From assembly GCA_027593235.1 (NCBI GenBank), contig JAQCIU010000002.1, positions 32,001 through 96,000 of the forward strand: 64,000 nucleotides of DNA, given 5' to 3'. Positions 17,723 through 28,170 of the stretch are shown in pieces. The first letter of the stretch is position 1. The number at the start of each line of letters is the position of its first letter. This DNA comes from Chloroflexota bacterium (GTDB lineage Bacteria; Chloroflexota; Dehalococcoidia; UBA2979). A program made the translations under genes and the position numbers. A model generated the notes under the pieces. That model was not told where the DNA came from. It ran no database searches and worked only from the letters and a program-made list of their open reading frames with translations.

Positions 17723-18595
17723 GTGTTCTTTATCAGCGTGGTCAAGCAATACGAACGAGCCGTGATCTTCCGGCTCGGTCGCTACATCGGGACCAAGGGT
17801 CCCGGTCTGGTGATCCTGATCCCCTTCGTCGATCGCGGAATCGTCGTCGATCAACGCGAGCTGGTCCTCGATGAACCGGCGCAGTCGTCGATCACGAAGG
17901 ACAACGCGCTCGTCGACATCGACTTCGTCGTCTACATGCGTGTCGTCGACGCCGAAGCCGCCGTCATCAACGTCAACAACTACATCCGCGCCGTGCGGAA
18001 CATGGCCACCACGACCCTCCGCTCTGTCATCGGTGACATCACCGTCGAGGAGGTGCTCTCCCAGCGCGAGACCATCAACCAGCGCCTCCAGGCCAAACTC
18101 TCCTCCGAGACCGTGCGCTGGGGCGTCGAGGTCAAAGCGATCGAGATTCGCGAGATCACACCGCAGCACGACATCCAGCAGGCGATGACGCGCCTGCTCA
18201 CGGCGGATCGCACCAAGCGCGCCCTCATCACCGAATCCGAGGGCGATCGACAGGCCGCCATCAACCGCGCCGAGGGCTCCAAGCAGGCCTCGATCCTCGA
18301 GGCCGAAGGCTCCCGCGAGGCGCAGGTCCTCCGCGCCGAGGGCGCTCGACAGGCCGCGATCCTCAACGCCGAGGGCTTCTCGATCGCCCTCGAACGCATC
18401 TACCAGGTCGCCTCGACCGTCGACGCGAACACCATGGGGCTCCAGTACCTCGACATGATGAAGCAGCTCGGCGCCGGCGAATCCACGAAGTGGATCATCC
18501 CGCTCGACCTCGCCGCGATGGCCGGCCCGCTCGCCGGGGCGATCGAGGGCCTCGGGGGACGCAACGGCGGTCCGCCTGCGACGGGCGCGCGCTAA
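17723..18595 (+). CDS. SPFH/band 7 (stomatin-like) protein
   Basis: YERAVIFRLGR, GPGLVILIPFVD, ITKDN, TTLRSVIG, AE-rich coiled coil; GGAGG RBS before GTG. Confidence 0.9.
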   Translation: MFFISVVKQYERAVIFRLGRYIGTKGPGLVILIPFVDRGIVVDQRELVLDEPAQSSITKDNALVDIDFVVYMRVVDAEAAVINVNNYIRAVRNMATTTLRSVIGDITVEEVLSQRETINQRLQAKLSSETVRWGVEVKAIEIREITPQHDIQQAMTRLLTADRTKRALITESEGDRQAAINRAEGSKQASILEAEGSREAQVLRAEGARQAAILNAEGFSIALERIYQVASTVDANTMGLQYLDMMKQLGAGESTKWIIPLDLAAMAGPLAGAIEGLGGRNGGPPATGAR

Positions 18596-19731
18596 AGGCT
18601 GCGCGTTCCCGTTTCCGAGGTAGGCGCTATGTAATTGCGGGCGATCACTGACACCGCGATCACGATGATCGCGATCGTCCCGCCTACCAGCACCCCGCCT
18701 ACGACTAGCACGCGCTGGAGCGTCAGCTCGGTCGATGCCTGACCGATCACGATCGCCACGCTCAGCAGCAACGCCGCCGTGCCCCCCGTCGCGAACACCG
18801 CCGATCCCCCGATCGTGAACTCGAGGATCACCAGCGCCACGCCCACGATCGCGAACGCGATCGCCGCCTCGCCCGGCAGCAGCGTCCCCACACCCAGGAA
18901 TGACGCGATCAGCGCCAGCACCCCCACCACCCCCGGCAACAGATGCCCCGGGACGAACAGCTCGATCGCCAGACCAAGCGCTCCCAGCACGAACAGCAGC
19001 GAGAACACCGTCGGATCGCTCACGATGTTCAGCACCCGCTCATAGGCGTTCATCCCGTTGTCGATCTGAACCGCCCCGAACACCCCCTGCAGCGGTACCT
19101 CGGTGCCGTCCAGCAGCGTCACGCTCTGCCCGTCCACCGCTGCCAGCAGCGCGTTGAGGTCGATCGCCTCGAGGTCCACGACATTCTGTGCGAGGGCGTC
19201 AGAGGTGCTCGCGGAGATCGCGTCGCGCACCGCCTGCTCCGCCCAGTCCGCGTTCCGGCCGCGCAGCTCCGCCACACCGCGCGCGAACGCGACGGCATCG
19301 TTCTCCACCTTCTGGCCCAGCGCCCCCGTGATGTCGCCGCCCGAGGACTGGACGGGCATCGCCGCCCCGATCGTCGTGTTCGGCGCCATCGCCGCGATGT
19401 TCCCCGCCATCGCGATGAACGTCCCCGCCGACGCGGCCTGCGCCCCCGGCGGACCCACCCACGTGATCACCGGCACCCGCGACGCCTCGATGTCCCCCAC
19501 GATGCGCTTCATCGAGGAGATCGAACCGCCGGGCGTGTCGATCCGGATCACCACCGCCAGCGCCTGCTGCTCCTCCGCGTTCCGGATCCCGCGCTCGATG
19601 TACCGATCGAGGACGCCGTTCACCTCGGCATCCACCGTCAGCACGTGCACCGCATGCGGTGTCTCGTCCGGCGCGCACGCCATCCCGACGAGGGCGACGA
19701 CCATCGAGGCGGCGATCAGGAGCCGGCGCAC
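18592..19731 (-). CDS. nfeD: NfeD family protein (ClpP-like protease domain plus transmembrane domain)
   Basis: IDTPGG, AASAG, AAMAPNTTIGAAMP, KVEND, RGRNADWAE, then TM helices; lipoprotein-like signal (VGMAC). Confidence 0.85.
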   Translation of the reverse strand: MRRLLIAASMVVALVGMACAPDETPHAVHVLTVDAEVNGVLDRYIERGIRNAEEQQALAVVIRIDTPGGSISSMKRIVGDIEASRVPVITWVGPPGAQAASAGTFIAMAGNIAAMAPNTTIGAAMPVQSSGGDITGALGQKVENDAVAFARGVAELRGRNADWAEQAVRDAISASTSDALAQNVVDLEAIDLNALLAAVDGQSVTLLDGTEVPLQGVFGAVQIDNGMNAYERVLNIVSDPTVFSLLFVLGALGLAIELFVPGHLLPGVVGVLALIASFLGVGTLLPGEAAIAFAIVGVALVILEFTIGGSAVFATGGTAALLLSVAIVIGQASTELTLQRVLVVGGVLVGGTIAIIVIAVSVIARNYIAPTSETGTRSL

Positions 19732-19867
19732 GGAGGCGTGGGCGGCGAGTGTGCGTATGACGCCATCGAGGATAGCGCGGACCGCGGGCTATACTTCGCC
19801 CCACTTGCCCCCGGATACCGGTCAGAGCCGCTGGCCGGATTCCCCGGCATCTCGTTGAGGAGCACCC

Positions 19868-21499
19868 GTGCGCGCCATTCCGGAACTAGCTGCCGATCTC
19901 GGACTGAACTGGGACGACCTCGAGCCCTACGGCCGCGATCGTGCTAAGGTCCCTTTGACTGCCTTCCCGAAGGCCACACTCGGCAAGCTCATCGTCGTCA
20001 CCGCCATCACCCCCACGCCCGCGGGTGAAGGCAAAACCACCACCTCGATCGGTCTCACCGACGGCCTGCGCAAGATCGGCAAGAACGCCGTCCTCGCCAT
20101 TCGCCAGCCCTCGCTCGGCCCGCTCTTCGGCCGCAAGGGTGGCGGCACCGGCGGCGGTAAAGCCACCGTGCAGCCGGCCAACGACATCAACCTGCACTTC
20201 ACCGGCGACTTCCACGCCATCGAATCCGCCCACAACTTCCTCGCCGCGATGGCCGACAACGCCGCCCACAACGGCGACGTCGATGGCTTCGATCCACTCC
20301 AGATCTCCTGGCGCCGCGTCACCGACGCCGAGGATCGCGCACTCCGCCGCATCATCACCGGCGTCGGCGGCCGCAGCGACGGCCCGCTCCGCGAGACCGG
20401 CTTCGATATCTCCGCCGCCTCCGAGATCATGGCAATCATGGCCCTCGCCAGTGACTACGATGACCTCCGCTCGCGCCTCAGCGACATCGTCGTCGGCTGG
20501 ACCAACGACAACCGCCCCGTCACCGCGAAGGACGTCGGTGCCGTCGGCTCGATGATGGTCCTGCTCAAGGACGCGCTGAAGCCCAACCTCGTCCAGACCG
20601 TCGAGGGCAATCCCGCCATCGTCCACACCGGCCCGTTCGGCAACATCGCCCACGGCTGCTCCTCGATCGTCGCGGACCGCCTCGCGCTCGCCGTCGGCGA
20701 CTACGTCGTCACCGAGGCCGGCTTCGGCGCCGATCTCGGCTTCGAGAAGTTCATGGACATCAAGGTCCGCCAGGGCGGCGCCGAACCGGCCGCGGCTGTC
20801 GTCGTCGCCACCGTCCGCGGTCTCAAGTGGCACGGCGGCGTCAAGCAGGAAGACCTCACCACCCCCAACGTGAAGGCCGTCCATGACGGTTCCGCCAACC
20901 TCCGCCACGCCATCCACATCGTGAACCGCTACGGCCTCCCCGCTGTCGTCGCCATCAACCGCTTCCCGGACGACACGCCGGAAGAGATCGCCGAGGTCCG
21001 CCGCGCCGCCCTCGAGGCTGGTGCGCTCGCCGCCGTCGAGGCGAAAGGCTTCACCGAGGGTGGCGCCGGCATGACCGATCTGGCGGAAGCCGTGATCGAC
21101 GCCGTCGATCACCACCCGGCCGACGTGCACCTGATCTACGAAGACAACGACCACATCATCGACAAGGTCGAAACGCTCGCTTCCAACCTCTACATGGCGG
21201 GCGAAACCACCTGGGGCCCGATGACCCGTACCACCGCGCGCCGCTTCGAGGACAACGGTTGGAACTTCCCGATCTGCATCGCGAAGACCCACCTCTCCAT
21301 CTCCGCGGACTCGCGCCTGCGCGGCGCACCGGAGGGCCACACCTTCCCCGTCACCGAGCTGCGCATCGCCGCCGGCGCCCGCCAGGTGATCGTCCTCGCG
21401 GGCAACATCATGACGCTGCCCGGCCTGCCGCCGGACCCGAACGCCTTCGACATCGACCTCTCGCCCGAGGGCGAGGTGATGGGGCTCCTCGGGACCTAA
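19868..21499 (+). CDS. fhs: formate--tetrahydrofolate ligase
   Basis: TAITPTPAGEGKTT, INLHFTGDFHAI, GPFGNIAHG, TEAGFGADLG, IMTLPGLP. Confidence 0.97.
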   Translation: MRAIPELAADLGLNWDDLEPYGRDRAKVPLTAFPKATLGKLIVVTAITPTPAGEGKTTTSIGLTDGLRKIGKNAVLAIRQPSLGPLFGRKGGGTGGGKATVQPANDINLHFTGDFHAIESAHNFLAAMADNAAHNGDVDGFDPLQISWRRVTDAEDRALRRIITGVGGRSDGPLRETGFDISAASEIMAIMALASDYDDLRSRLSDIVVGWTNDNRPVTAKDVGAVGSMMVLLKDALKPNLVQTVEGNPAIVHTGPFGNIAHGCSSIVADRLALAVGDYVVTEAGFGADLGFEKFMDIKVRQGGAEPAAAVVVATVRGLKWHGGVKQEDLTTPNVKAVHDGSANLRHAIHIVNRYGLPAVVAINRFPDDTPEEIAEVRRAALEAGALAAVEAKGFTEGGAGMTDLAEAVIDAVDHHPADVHLIYEDNDHIIDKVETLASNLYMAGETTWGPMTRTTARRFEDNGWNFPICIAKTHLSISADSRLRGAPEGHTFPVTELRIAAGARQVIVLAGNIMTLPGLPPDPNAFDIDLSPEGEVMGLLGT

Positions 21500-21538
21500 G
21501 TCAGACCGAGGTCCATCCGACCGACCCTGCGGGATCGA

Positions 21539-21563
21539 GAAGGGGCGCCACAGGCGCCCCTTC
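21539..21563. terminator. probable bidirectional terminator between convergent genes
   Basis: GAAGGGGCGCC-ACA-GGCGCCCCTTC, perfect 11-bp stem. Confidence 0.75.
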
Positions 21564-21588
21564 GTTCGTAGTCGGTGCGTGGCTGCCG

Positions 21589-22848
21589 CTAGTCCCCGCC
21601 GCTCGCGCCGGCCGCCTGCTTCGGCTTACCCGCGAACGGCGAGCCAATCGCCCCCGCTGCGCGCAACGTCTCGAGCTTGCTGGCGTCGACGCCGAGGTCG
21701 CCCACCAACACCTCGTCGGTGTTCGCATCGAGGAGCGGGGAGTGCCGGAGCGGCTCCGCACCGCGCATCCGGATCGGGTTCCGCATCAGCTTCACCGGGC
21801 CGTTGATCGGGTGCTCGACCGTCTGGATGAAGTCGCGCGACACGAGGTGCGGGTCGGTGAACAGGTCGAGCGAACTAAAGACATAACTACAGGGCACCCC
21901 GGCCGGGCCGAGGATGCTCATCACCTCGCGCTTCGTGTACTGGCGCGTCCACGCGGCGACCAGGTCGTACAGCTCGTCCTTGTGCTCCATCCGCGAGATC
22001 GGGTTGTCGTAGCGCGGATCGATCGACAGTTCCGGCTGGTCCATCGCCGCACACAGCGCGTCCCACATCTGGCTCGTCACCACCATGATGAACGCCCAGT
22101 CGTTCGAATCGGCCTGACCGTCTTCGGGCTTGCACGGGTACGTCGCCGTCACCCCGCCGCCGTGGTGAATCCCCGTCCGCGGCGCCGCGGCGGTGCCCCA
22201 GTTATCGAGGCCCAGCGTTCGCATGAACATCGTCGTGGCCTCTTGCATGGAGATCTCGATCTCCTGGCCCTTGCCCGTGCGCATTTGCTCCACGTAGGCC
22301 GCCGTGATCGCCAGCGCCATCTGGATCCCGGTGCCGCTGTCGGACATCGTCGGCGCCGGGTGCATCGGCGGTCCGTCCGGCTCGCCGGTCACCGAGAAGG
22401 TCCCCGCCGACGCCTGCGCGACCCAGTCGTAGCAGTTGAACTCCGAGTACGGACCATCGAGGCCGAAGCCCTTGATCCGCGCGTGAATGATCTTCGGGTT
22501 GATCGCGGAGAGCACGTCGTAGCCGATGCCCAGCTTCTCCACGACGCCCGGTCCGTAGTTCTCGACGAACACGTCGTAGTGCGGCGCCATGTCCAGTAGC
22601 AGTTGGCGGCCCGCGTCGGTCTTCAGGTTGAGCACCACGGAGCGCTTGTTCGCGTTGTAGTTCATGAAGTACTGGCGTTCGTCGTCGCTCTCGCCGGGAA
22701 GCTGTCGGCCGACGCCGCGCCCGGGGTCACCGGTCGGCGATTCGACCTTCACCACGTCCGCACCCAGCCACGCCAACATCTGCGTGCACGAGGTCCCGGC
22801 CTCGTACTGCGTCATGTCCAGCACGCGCATGCCCTCGAGTGAGCCCAT
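21589..22848 (-). CDS. family III CoA transferase (CaiB/BaiF, Frc-like)
   Basis: AGTSCTQMLAWLGADVVKVE, NANKRS, ENYGPG, catalytic Asp in SDSGTG. Confidence 0.93.
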   Translation of the reverse strand: MGSLEGMRVLDMTQYEAGTSCTQMLAWLGADVVKVESPTGDPGRGVGRQLPGESDDERQYFMNYNANKRSVVLNLKTDAGRQLLLDMAPHYDVFVENYGPGVVEKLGIGYDVLSAINPKIIHARIKGFGLDGPYSEFNCYDWVAQASAGTFSVTGEPDGPPMHPAPTMSDSGTGIQMALAITAAYVEQMRTGKGQEIEISMQEATTMFMRTLGLDNWGTAAAPRTGIHHGGGVTATYPCKPEDGQADSNDWAFIMVVTSQMWDALCAAMDQPELSIDPRYDNPISRMEHKDELYDLVAAWTRQYTKREVMSILGPAGVPCSYVFSSLDLFTDPHLVSRDFIQTVEHPINGPVKLMRNPIRMRGAEPLRHSPLLDANTDEVLVGDLGVDASKLETLRAAGAIGSPFAGKPKQAAGASGGD

Positions 22849-23038
22849 TAATCAACCTCCATGACCGCGAATGCCGCCAATCGTACTCGCCCGGTCCAGC
22901 GCTGCCGACCCTCGTCGCGCCGCAGGGGGGACGAGCGGGCCAACACGCGAAGCATGTCGCGCTGGATGTCCCGCTGGATGTCGCCCTGAGCGTGACACGG
23001 GGCGTCGTGTGCGCCCGGATCGGCGGCGAACAGCCAGG

Positions 23039-24010
23039 CTACCGATTCTTGAATAAGACTCGGATCGCGGAGCAGGTGAGGTTGTCGAACTCGCCGGTTC
23101 GCGCCCTGAAGATCGGCGCGTACCGCTCGACGAGGTCGAGGTGCTGGTACGCCCCGTCCTCCGCGTAGCTGACCGTTTCGAGGCGATCGGCAAATGACGC
23201 GAACAGCGCTCGGAACTGTGCCCGCGACCAGCGGTTGCAGTGCGTGAAGCTGATCGGCGCGAGTTCTGCCTCTCGCATGAACTCCGTCAGGGTGTCGTCG
23301 GAGAACAGGATCTGGCAGTACGGCACGTTGATCTGTGGGGCATGGAGGCCCATCGGTTACAGGTAGAGCGGACCGAACTCCAGGTAAATAGGCCCACCCG
23401 GCTTCACGACGCGATGCAGCTCGCTGAGCGCTCGCTCGGGACTCGCGAAATGCTCGAACGAGTCGTAGCTGATCGCGGCATCGAACGAGCGGTCCTCGAA
23501 CTCGAGCGCCTCTGCGTCCATTTGGATCAGCCGCACGCCCGCGTCGATTGCTCGTGCGTCGAATGCTTGCGCCCGAAAGTCGATGCCGGTCGCTTCCTGC
23601 CCGTGCTTGGCGAGGTGGTAGCCGACCATCCCATCGGAGCAGCCGGTTTCCAGGACCGAGTTCACCGACTGCCGGGAGAGCATCGCGGGGAACCGTTCGG
23701 CGCGCTCCCGCCCTCGTTCGCTCCGTACCTCCGACTCGTATGAGTACGCGGGCGCCGGAGCGTACTCGCTTTGGAGGCGGCGCAAGTCGGTCAGCGACAA
23801 TCGGTCGCCGGGCGCAGCCGCCGCGAATGCCCGGTGCGCGGAACGGGTGCGTGGCCTCGCCTTCAGGGTCTGGATGCGGAGCACGACGTTCCGCGGAAGC
23901 GCCGACGCGACCCGGTCACGGATCGACTGAACGGCGAGGGGCCCGAGCTGATCGCGCCTGCGGGTGACTCTCACGGCGTGCCGGCCTTCGCACCGGTCGA
24001 GCGGTCCCAC
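23039..24010 (-). pseudogene. class I SAM-dependent methyltransferase interrupted by an in-frame TAA
   Basis: VLETGCSDG, DAEAL-FEDRSFD, FEH, RVVKPGG; reads ...GPLYL-TAA-PMGLHA... in one frame (stop at 23357-23359); start uncertain. Confidence 0.8.
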
Positions 24011-24115
24011 GTCCCTGCGACCCGCCCGCCGATCGTTTCGTTGTCGGTCTCCGTACCAACTGACTGACAGCTAACGATAACGGCACCAAATACGCACGGA
24101 CAGTGGCGTTCCAGC

Positions 24116-24158
24116 GCGCCCACCTCCGAGGCCCGGCGGCGCCCACCTCCGGGGCCCG
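24116..24158. repeat. 20-bp direct repeat GCGCCCACCTCCG(A/G)GGCCCG x2, 23-bp period
   Basis: Read directly at 24116-24135 and 24139-24158. Confidence 0.8.
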
Positions 24159-24170
24159 CCGTGTTCGGGA

Positions 24171-25466
24171 CTACGGCTCTCGCTTCCGCTGCTGCGACCG
24201 GAATACTGGCTCGTCCTCCAGCGCCACGCCCATGTCGCGCGCTGTCGCGCGGTAGATACCCACCGCCATCGTCGATCGCTCGTCGGCGGCGCGGCGGGCG
24301 TAGATCGCCCCGCGCACCGCCCGGACCGCCCGATCGTCGGGCGCGGCGTCAAAGGCCCAGTCCGCCAGGTGGCAGGCCAACCGCAGATCCCCTGCCTCCG
24401 CGACTTCCGAGGCGCGCACGATCAGCGCCTCGATCCCGCCGGCGAGACGGGCGATCTCCTGGCCCTGCGCCGCCTCGGTCGCTGGCTTGAGGTGCGACGG
24501 CTGACCGTCGTACCAGCCGCCGTAGAGCCGCCAGATGTTGCGAATGATGAACTCCGGCTCGTCGTACACCGGCTGCAGATACGGCCGCTCCAGCAGTTCC
24601 GGCGGCGGCCCCACCTCCTGCAGCACCCGATCGAGCGACGCGCCCTCGTTCATCAGCGCCACCGTCTGCCGTTCGAGTGCCTCCAGGTAAGCGGCGGTGT
24701 CGCCCAGCGCCTGTCGCACCCGGCTCGCGCCCACGATCGGCGGCCCGTGCCCGGGCAGCAGCACCTCCGGTTCCCGCGCGGCCATCGCCCGCAGTGCCTC
24801 CGCCCATTCGCCGGCGTAGCGCTGCACCTTCTGCGGATTCCCGGCGTTCGGCGCGACCCAGACGAACAGATCGCCGGTGCACAGCACCCGTCGATCGGCG
24901 GCGAATACCCAGGTCGCATCGTCCGTCTCGCCACGTGCGTGGACCAGCTCGAACCGCTGGCCGCCCACCGTCACGTCGACCCGGTCCCGGTACGACAGAT
25001 CCGGCGTCCGGTACTCCATCGGCCACGGCGTGATCGTCCCGCCGCCGCGGAATTGCCGTGAGTTGATGATTGCGTTGTACCCACCGGTCCGGCGATAACG
25101 ATCGAAGCGCGCCGTCAGCGCCTCATGCCCGATCACCCGCGGCGGTGCCCAGCCTCGCCCGCGCGCCTCCGCCTCGTAGTGATCGACGCCGAACACGTGG
25201 TCGACATGGCCGTGCGTGTAGATCGCCGTGTGCAATGGGCCGGGGAGCGCTGCCCGTACCGCCTCGAACCGCAGCTCGGAGCGGTTCCGGATCCCCGGAT
25301 CGACCATCACCAGGCCGTCCGCCGTCTCGAAGACCACCGTGTTCGAGAACGAGTGGTAGAACCACACGCCGTCGCTGATCCGTTCCAGCTCGTTCGGCCC
25401 TTGCCAGGGATGCCCCTCCAGCTCGCCCTTCCACGCCCGCTCCGCGCGCTCTGCGATCGTGCCCAT
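24171..25466 (-). CDS. alkyl sulfatase-like metallo-beta-lactamase-fold hydrolase
   Basis: YTHGHVDH, HARGETDD, PNAGNPQKVQRY, LPGHG, YGGWYDG dimerisation region. Confidence 0.92.
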   Translation of the reverse strand: MGTIAERAERAWKGELEGHPWQGPNELERISDGVWFYHSFSNTVVFETADGLVMVDPGIRNRSELRFEAVRAALPGPLHTAIYTHGHVDHVFGVDHYEAEARGRGWAPPRVIGHEALTARFDRYRRTGGYNAIINSRQFRGGGTITPWPMEYRTPDLSYRDRVDVTVGGQRFELVHARGETDDATWVFAADRRVLCTGDLFVWVAPNAGNPQKVQRYAGEWAEALRAMAAREPEVLLPGHGPPIVGASRVRQALGDTAAYLEALERQTVALMNEGASLDRVLQEVGPPPELLERPYLQPVYDEPEFIIRNIWRLYGGWYDGQPSHLKPATEAAQGQEIARLAGGIEALIVRASEVAEAGDLRLACHLADWAFDAAPDDRAVRAVRGAIYARRAADERSTMAVGIYRATARDMGVALEDEPVFRSQQRKREP

Positions 25467-25479
25467 CGGAGCCTCCTGC

Positions 25480-26817
25480 TCAGCTCGTCGCGATCGTTGC
25501 TTCCAGCCGCGCCGCCCATCCGAGCAGCGCCTCGTCCTGGCCGAACGGCGTCGCCAGTTGCACCCCGAGCGGCAGCCCGTCGGACCCGCTCCCGGCCGGC
25601 AGCATCACCACCGGCAGGCCGCTGTGTGTCCACGGCAGGTTCATCGATGCGTCGCCGGTCCACGCCAGCCCGTGCGGCGCCGTTCCCACCGCCGGCACGC
25701 TCGCCAGCAGGTCCAACCCGTACTCGGCGAACAACCCATCGAGGCGTTCCCGCAGCTCGAATCGGCTCGCGCGCCCCTCCGCTACCGCGGCGGCCGGAAC
25801 GGCCCGACCCTCCTCGACGTGGTTCGCGCTGAACGGCCGGTAGAGCTGGCCCCACGCCTCGAAGCGATCGTGATGCGCCCCGGCGAACTCCGCCGCGACC
25901 AGCGCTTCGTGCCGCGCGTTGATCGCCTTGATGTCGTCCAGCACCCGCAGCCGCACGACCCGCGCCCCGGCGGCCTCCAGCCGCGCCAGCGCGCCATCGA
26001 GGGCTGCGCGCGCCTCCTCGTCGGCCTGCTCCAGGTACGCCCCCTCGGCGACACCGATCACCGGCATGCGCTCACCCGCGCCCGCCGCATCGGGAGCGGC
26101 GTTCCACGCAGACAGCACGGCCCCAGCCGCGATCCGCATCCCCGCCGCGTCCGCGCTGAACAGGCCAACGTGGTCCACCGACTCCGAGTAGGTCAGCACC
26201 CCGTCGCGCGGGATCCGTTCGTGGCTCGGCTTGAACCCCACCACGCCGCAGAAGGCCGCCGGCCGGATCACCGATCCCACCGTCTGCGTCCCGAACGACA
26301 CATGGAACAGCCCCGCCGCGATCCCCGCCGCCGAACCGCTGCTCGACCCGCCCGGCGTGTGCGCCCGATCGCGCGGGTTCGTCGTCGCCCCCGGCTCCCG
26401 CGCCGCGAACTCCGTCGTCACCGTCTTCCCCAGCACCAGCGCGCCCGCGTCGCGCATCCGCCGCACCGCCGTCGCCTCCGCCATCGCCAGCACCTCGGGC
26501 GGCAATGCCGACCCGCCGCGCGTCGGCATCCCGTCGACCGCGATGATGTCCTTCACCCCCAGCAGCGCTCCGTAGAGCGGCGGGCGCGATTCCGGGTCCG
26601 GGTAGCGCGCCTCGAGGTCGCCCGCCTCACGCAGCAGCCGCTCGCGCCGTCCCGGCTCCGGGACCACCGCTCGCACCAGCAGATCGATCGCTTCAAGGCG
26701 ATCACACACCTCGCCGACCACCTCGCGCAGCGACCGCTCGCCGCCGCGGATCGCCGTAACGTGCGCGGCCAGCGGTGCCGGCTCAACCAGGGATCGTTCG
26801 TGCTCTGATCGGGACAT
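25480..26817 (-). CDS. amidase signature family protein
   Basis: GVKD, GKTVTTEFA, TPGGSSSGSAA, GTQTVGSVIRPAAFCG; GGAGG RBS before ATG 26817. Confidence 0.93.
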   Translation of the reverse strand: MSRSEHERSLVEPAPLAAHVTAIRGGERSLREVVGEVCDRLEAIDLLVRAVVPEPGRRERLLREAGDLEARYPDPESRPPLYGALLGVKDIIAVDGMPTRGGSALPPEVLAMAEATAVRRMRDAGALVLGKTVTTEFAAREPGATTNPRDRAHTPGGSSSGSAAGIAAGLFHVSFGTQTVGSVIRPAAFCGVVGFKPSHERIPRDGVLTYSESVDHVGLFSADAAGMRIAAGAVLSAWNAAPDAAGAGERMPVIGVAEGAYLEQADEEARAALDGALARLEAAGARVVRLRVLDDIKAINARHEALVAAEFAGAHHDRFEAWGQLYRPFSANHVEEGRAVPAAAVAEGRASRFELRERLDGLFAEYGLDLLASVPAVGTAPHGLAWTGDASMNLPWTHSGLPVVMLPAGSGSDGLPLGVQLATPFGQDEALLGWAARLEATIATS

Positions 26818-26895
26818 CGACGCCTCCGCGCGGACGATAACAGCCGCCATCCGCCACCCGCTCGCGCGGAAGCGCGCCGCGCTTACGATGTGCTG

Positions 26896-28170
26896 ATGGC
26901 CCGCGAGGAGACCACCGCCTTCACGATCCGCAATCTCGTGCTGACCGTGTATCTGCCCACTATCTTCATGGGCATCGGGCAGAGCGCCGTACTCGCCTTC
27001 GTCGTGCTCCAGGCCCGCGATCTCGGTGCCTCGGTCGGTGTCGCGGGGCTCGTCTTCGCCATGCGCGGCCTCGGTGTCATGGCCTTCGATGTTCCTGCCG
27101 GCGTCCTGCTCGGACGGCTCGGGCAGCGCCGCACGATGATCCTCTCCATCTCGCTGATCGGGAGCCTCGCCGCCGCCACCGCGTTCAGCCCCAACCCGTG
27201 GATCCTCGCCGCCTCCGTCTTCGCCCTCGGCGGGGCCACCTCGCTCTGGATGCTCACCCGCATCGCCTTCGTATCCGAACAGGCGCCCGTCCACCAACGC
27301 GGCCGCGCGCTCTCCCTCGTCGGCGGATCCCAGCGCATGGGCAACTTCGTCGGCCCGGTGATCGGTGGCTTCCTCGCCGAATTCGGCGGCTACTCCTCGG
27401 CGATGCTGCTGCAGACCGCCGGTGCCGCCATCGCCCTGATCCCGATCCTGCTCTTCGTCACCGAGGCGCGTGGCGCCGTTGCCGGTCGCTCCGCTGCCCG
27501 CACTGGTCAAAGCGGCGTCCTCCAGCTCCTCCGCTCCGAGCGCCACACATTCCTCACCGCCGGCCTTGCCGTCCTCGCGCTCCAGGTGCTCCGCCAGGGC
27601 CGTCAGGTGCTCCTCCCGCTCTGGGGCGACGAACTCGATCTCACACCCTCCCAGATCGGCCTCATTATTGGCTTCGCCTCGTCCGTCGACATGCTGCTCT
27701 TCTACCCCGTCGGCATCGTCATGGACCGCTTCGGGCGCAAGTGGTCCGCCGTGCCCTCGATGATCCTGCTCGCCAGCAGCCTCGCCCTGATCCCCTTGAC
27801 CGACCGGTTCGAGGCCCTGCTCGTCGTCGGCCTCATCTCGGGCTTCGCCAACGGCCTCGGATCCGGCATCGGCATGACCTTCGGCGCCGACTTCGCCCCA
27901 CCCGGGATGCGCGGCGAGTTCCTCGGCGTCTGGCGCTTCGTCACCGATATCGGCACCAGCGCCGGCCCCCTGCTGGTCGCCGCCGTTGCCGCACAGGCCG
28001 GCCTTGCGGTCGCCTGTATCGCCACCGGTGGCGTCGGCCTCGGCGGTGCCGCCGTGATGGCCTTCCTCGCCCATGAGACCCTCCACCGCAGCCACCCCGC
28101 CGCCGCGCTGGATCCCGCCGTCGCCCGCGACCCCACCCCGGGCCCCGCACCCCCGCGGTCAGCGCCATGA
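26896..28170 (+). CDS. MFS transporter
   Basis: About 12 TM segments; GVLLGRLGQRR and GIVMDRFGRK motif A copies. Confidence 0.92.
   Translation: MAREETTAFTIRNLVLTVYLPTIFMGIGQSAVLAFVVLQARDLGASVGVAGLVFAMRGLGVMAFDVPAGVLLGRLGQRRTMILSISLIGSLAAATAFSPNPWILAASVFALGGATSLWMLTRIAFVSEQAPVHQRGRALSLVGGSQRMGNFVGPVIGGFLAEFGGYSSAMLLQTAGAAIALIPILLFVTEARGAVAGRSAARTGQSGVLQLLRSERHTFLTAGLAVLALQVLRQGRQVLLPLWGDELDLTPSQIGLIIGFASSVDMLLFYPVGIVMDRFGRKWSAVPSMILLASSLALIPLTDRFEALLVVGLISGFANGLGSGIGMTFGADFAPPGMRGEFLGVWRFVTDIGTSAGPLLVAAVAAQAGLAVACIATGGVGLGGAAVMAFLAHETLHRSHPAAALDPAVARDPTPGPAPPRSAP

Noticed and set aside
19735-19867. ZTP or THF riboswitch upstream of fhs, and an ion or c-di-AMP riboswitch upstream of the antiporter (34115-34278)
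   Set aside because: No consensus aptamer motifs could be recognised by eye. An Rfam/Infernal scan would be needed to exclude them fully.
1770-24158. Short tandem repeats (1770, 6548, 24116) as CRISPR remnants
   Set aside because: Each has only two copies, with no unique spacers of 25-45 nt and no cas genes.
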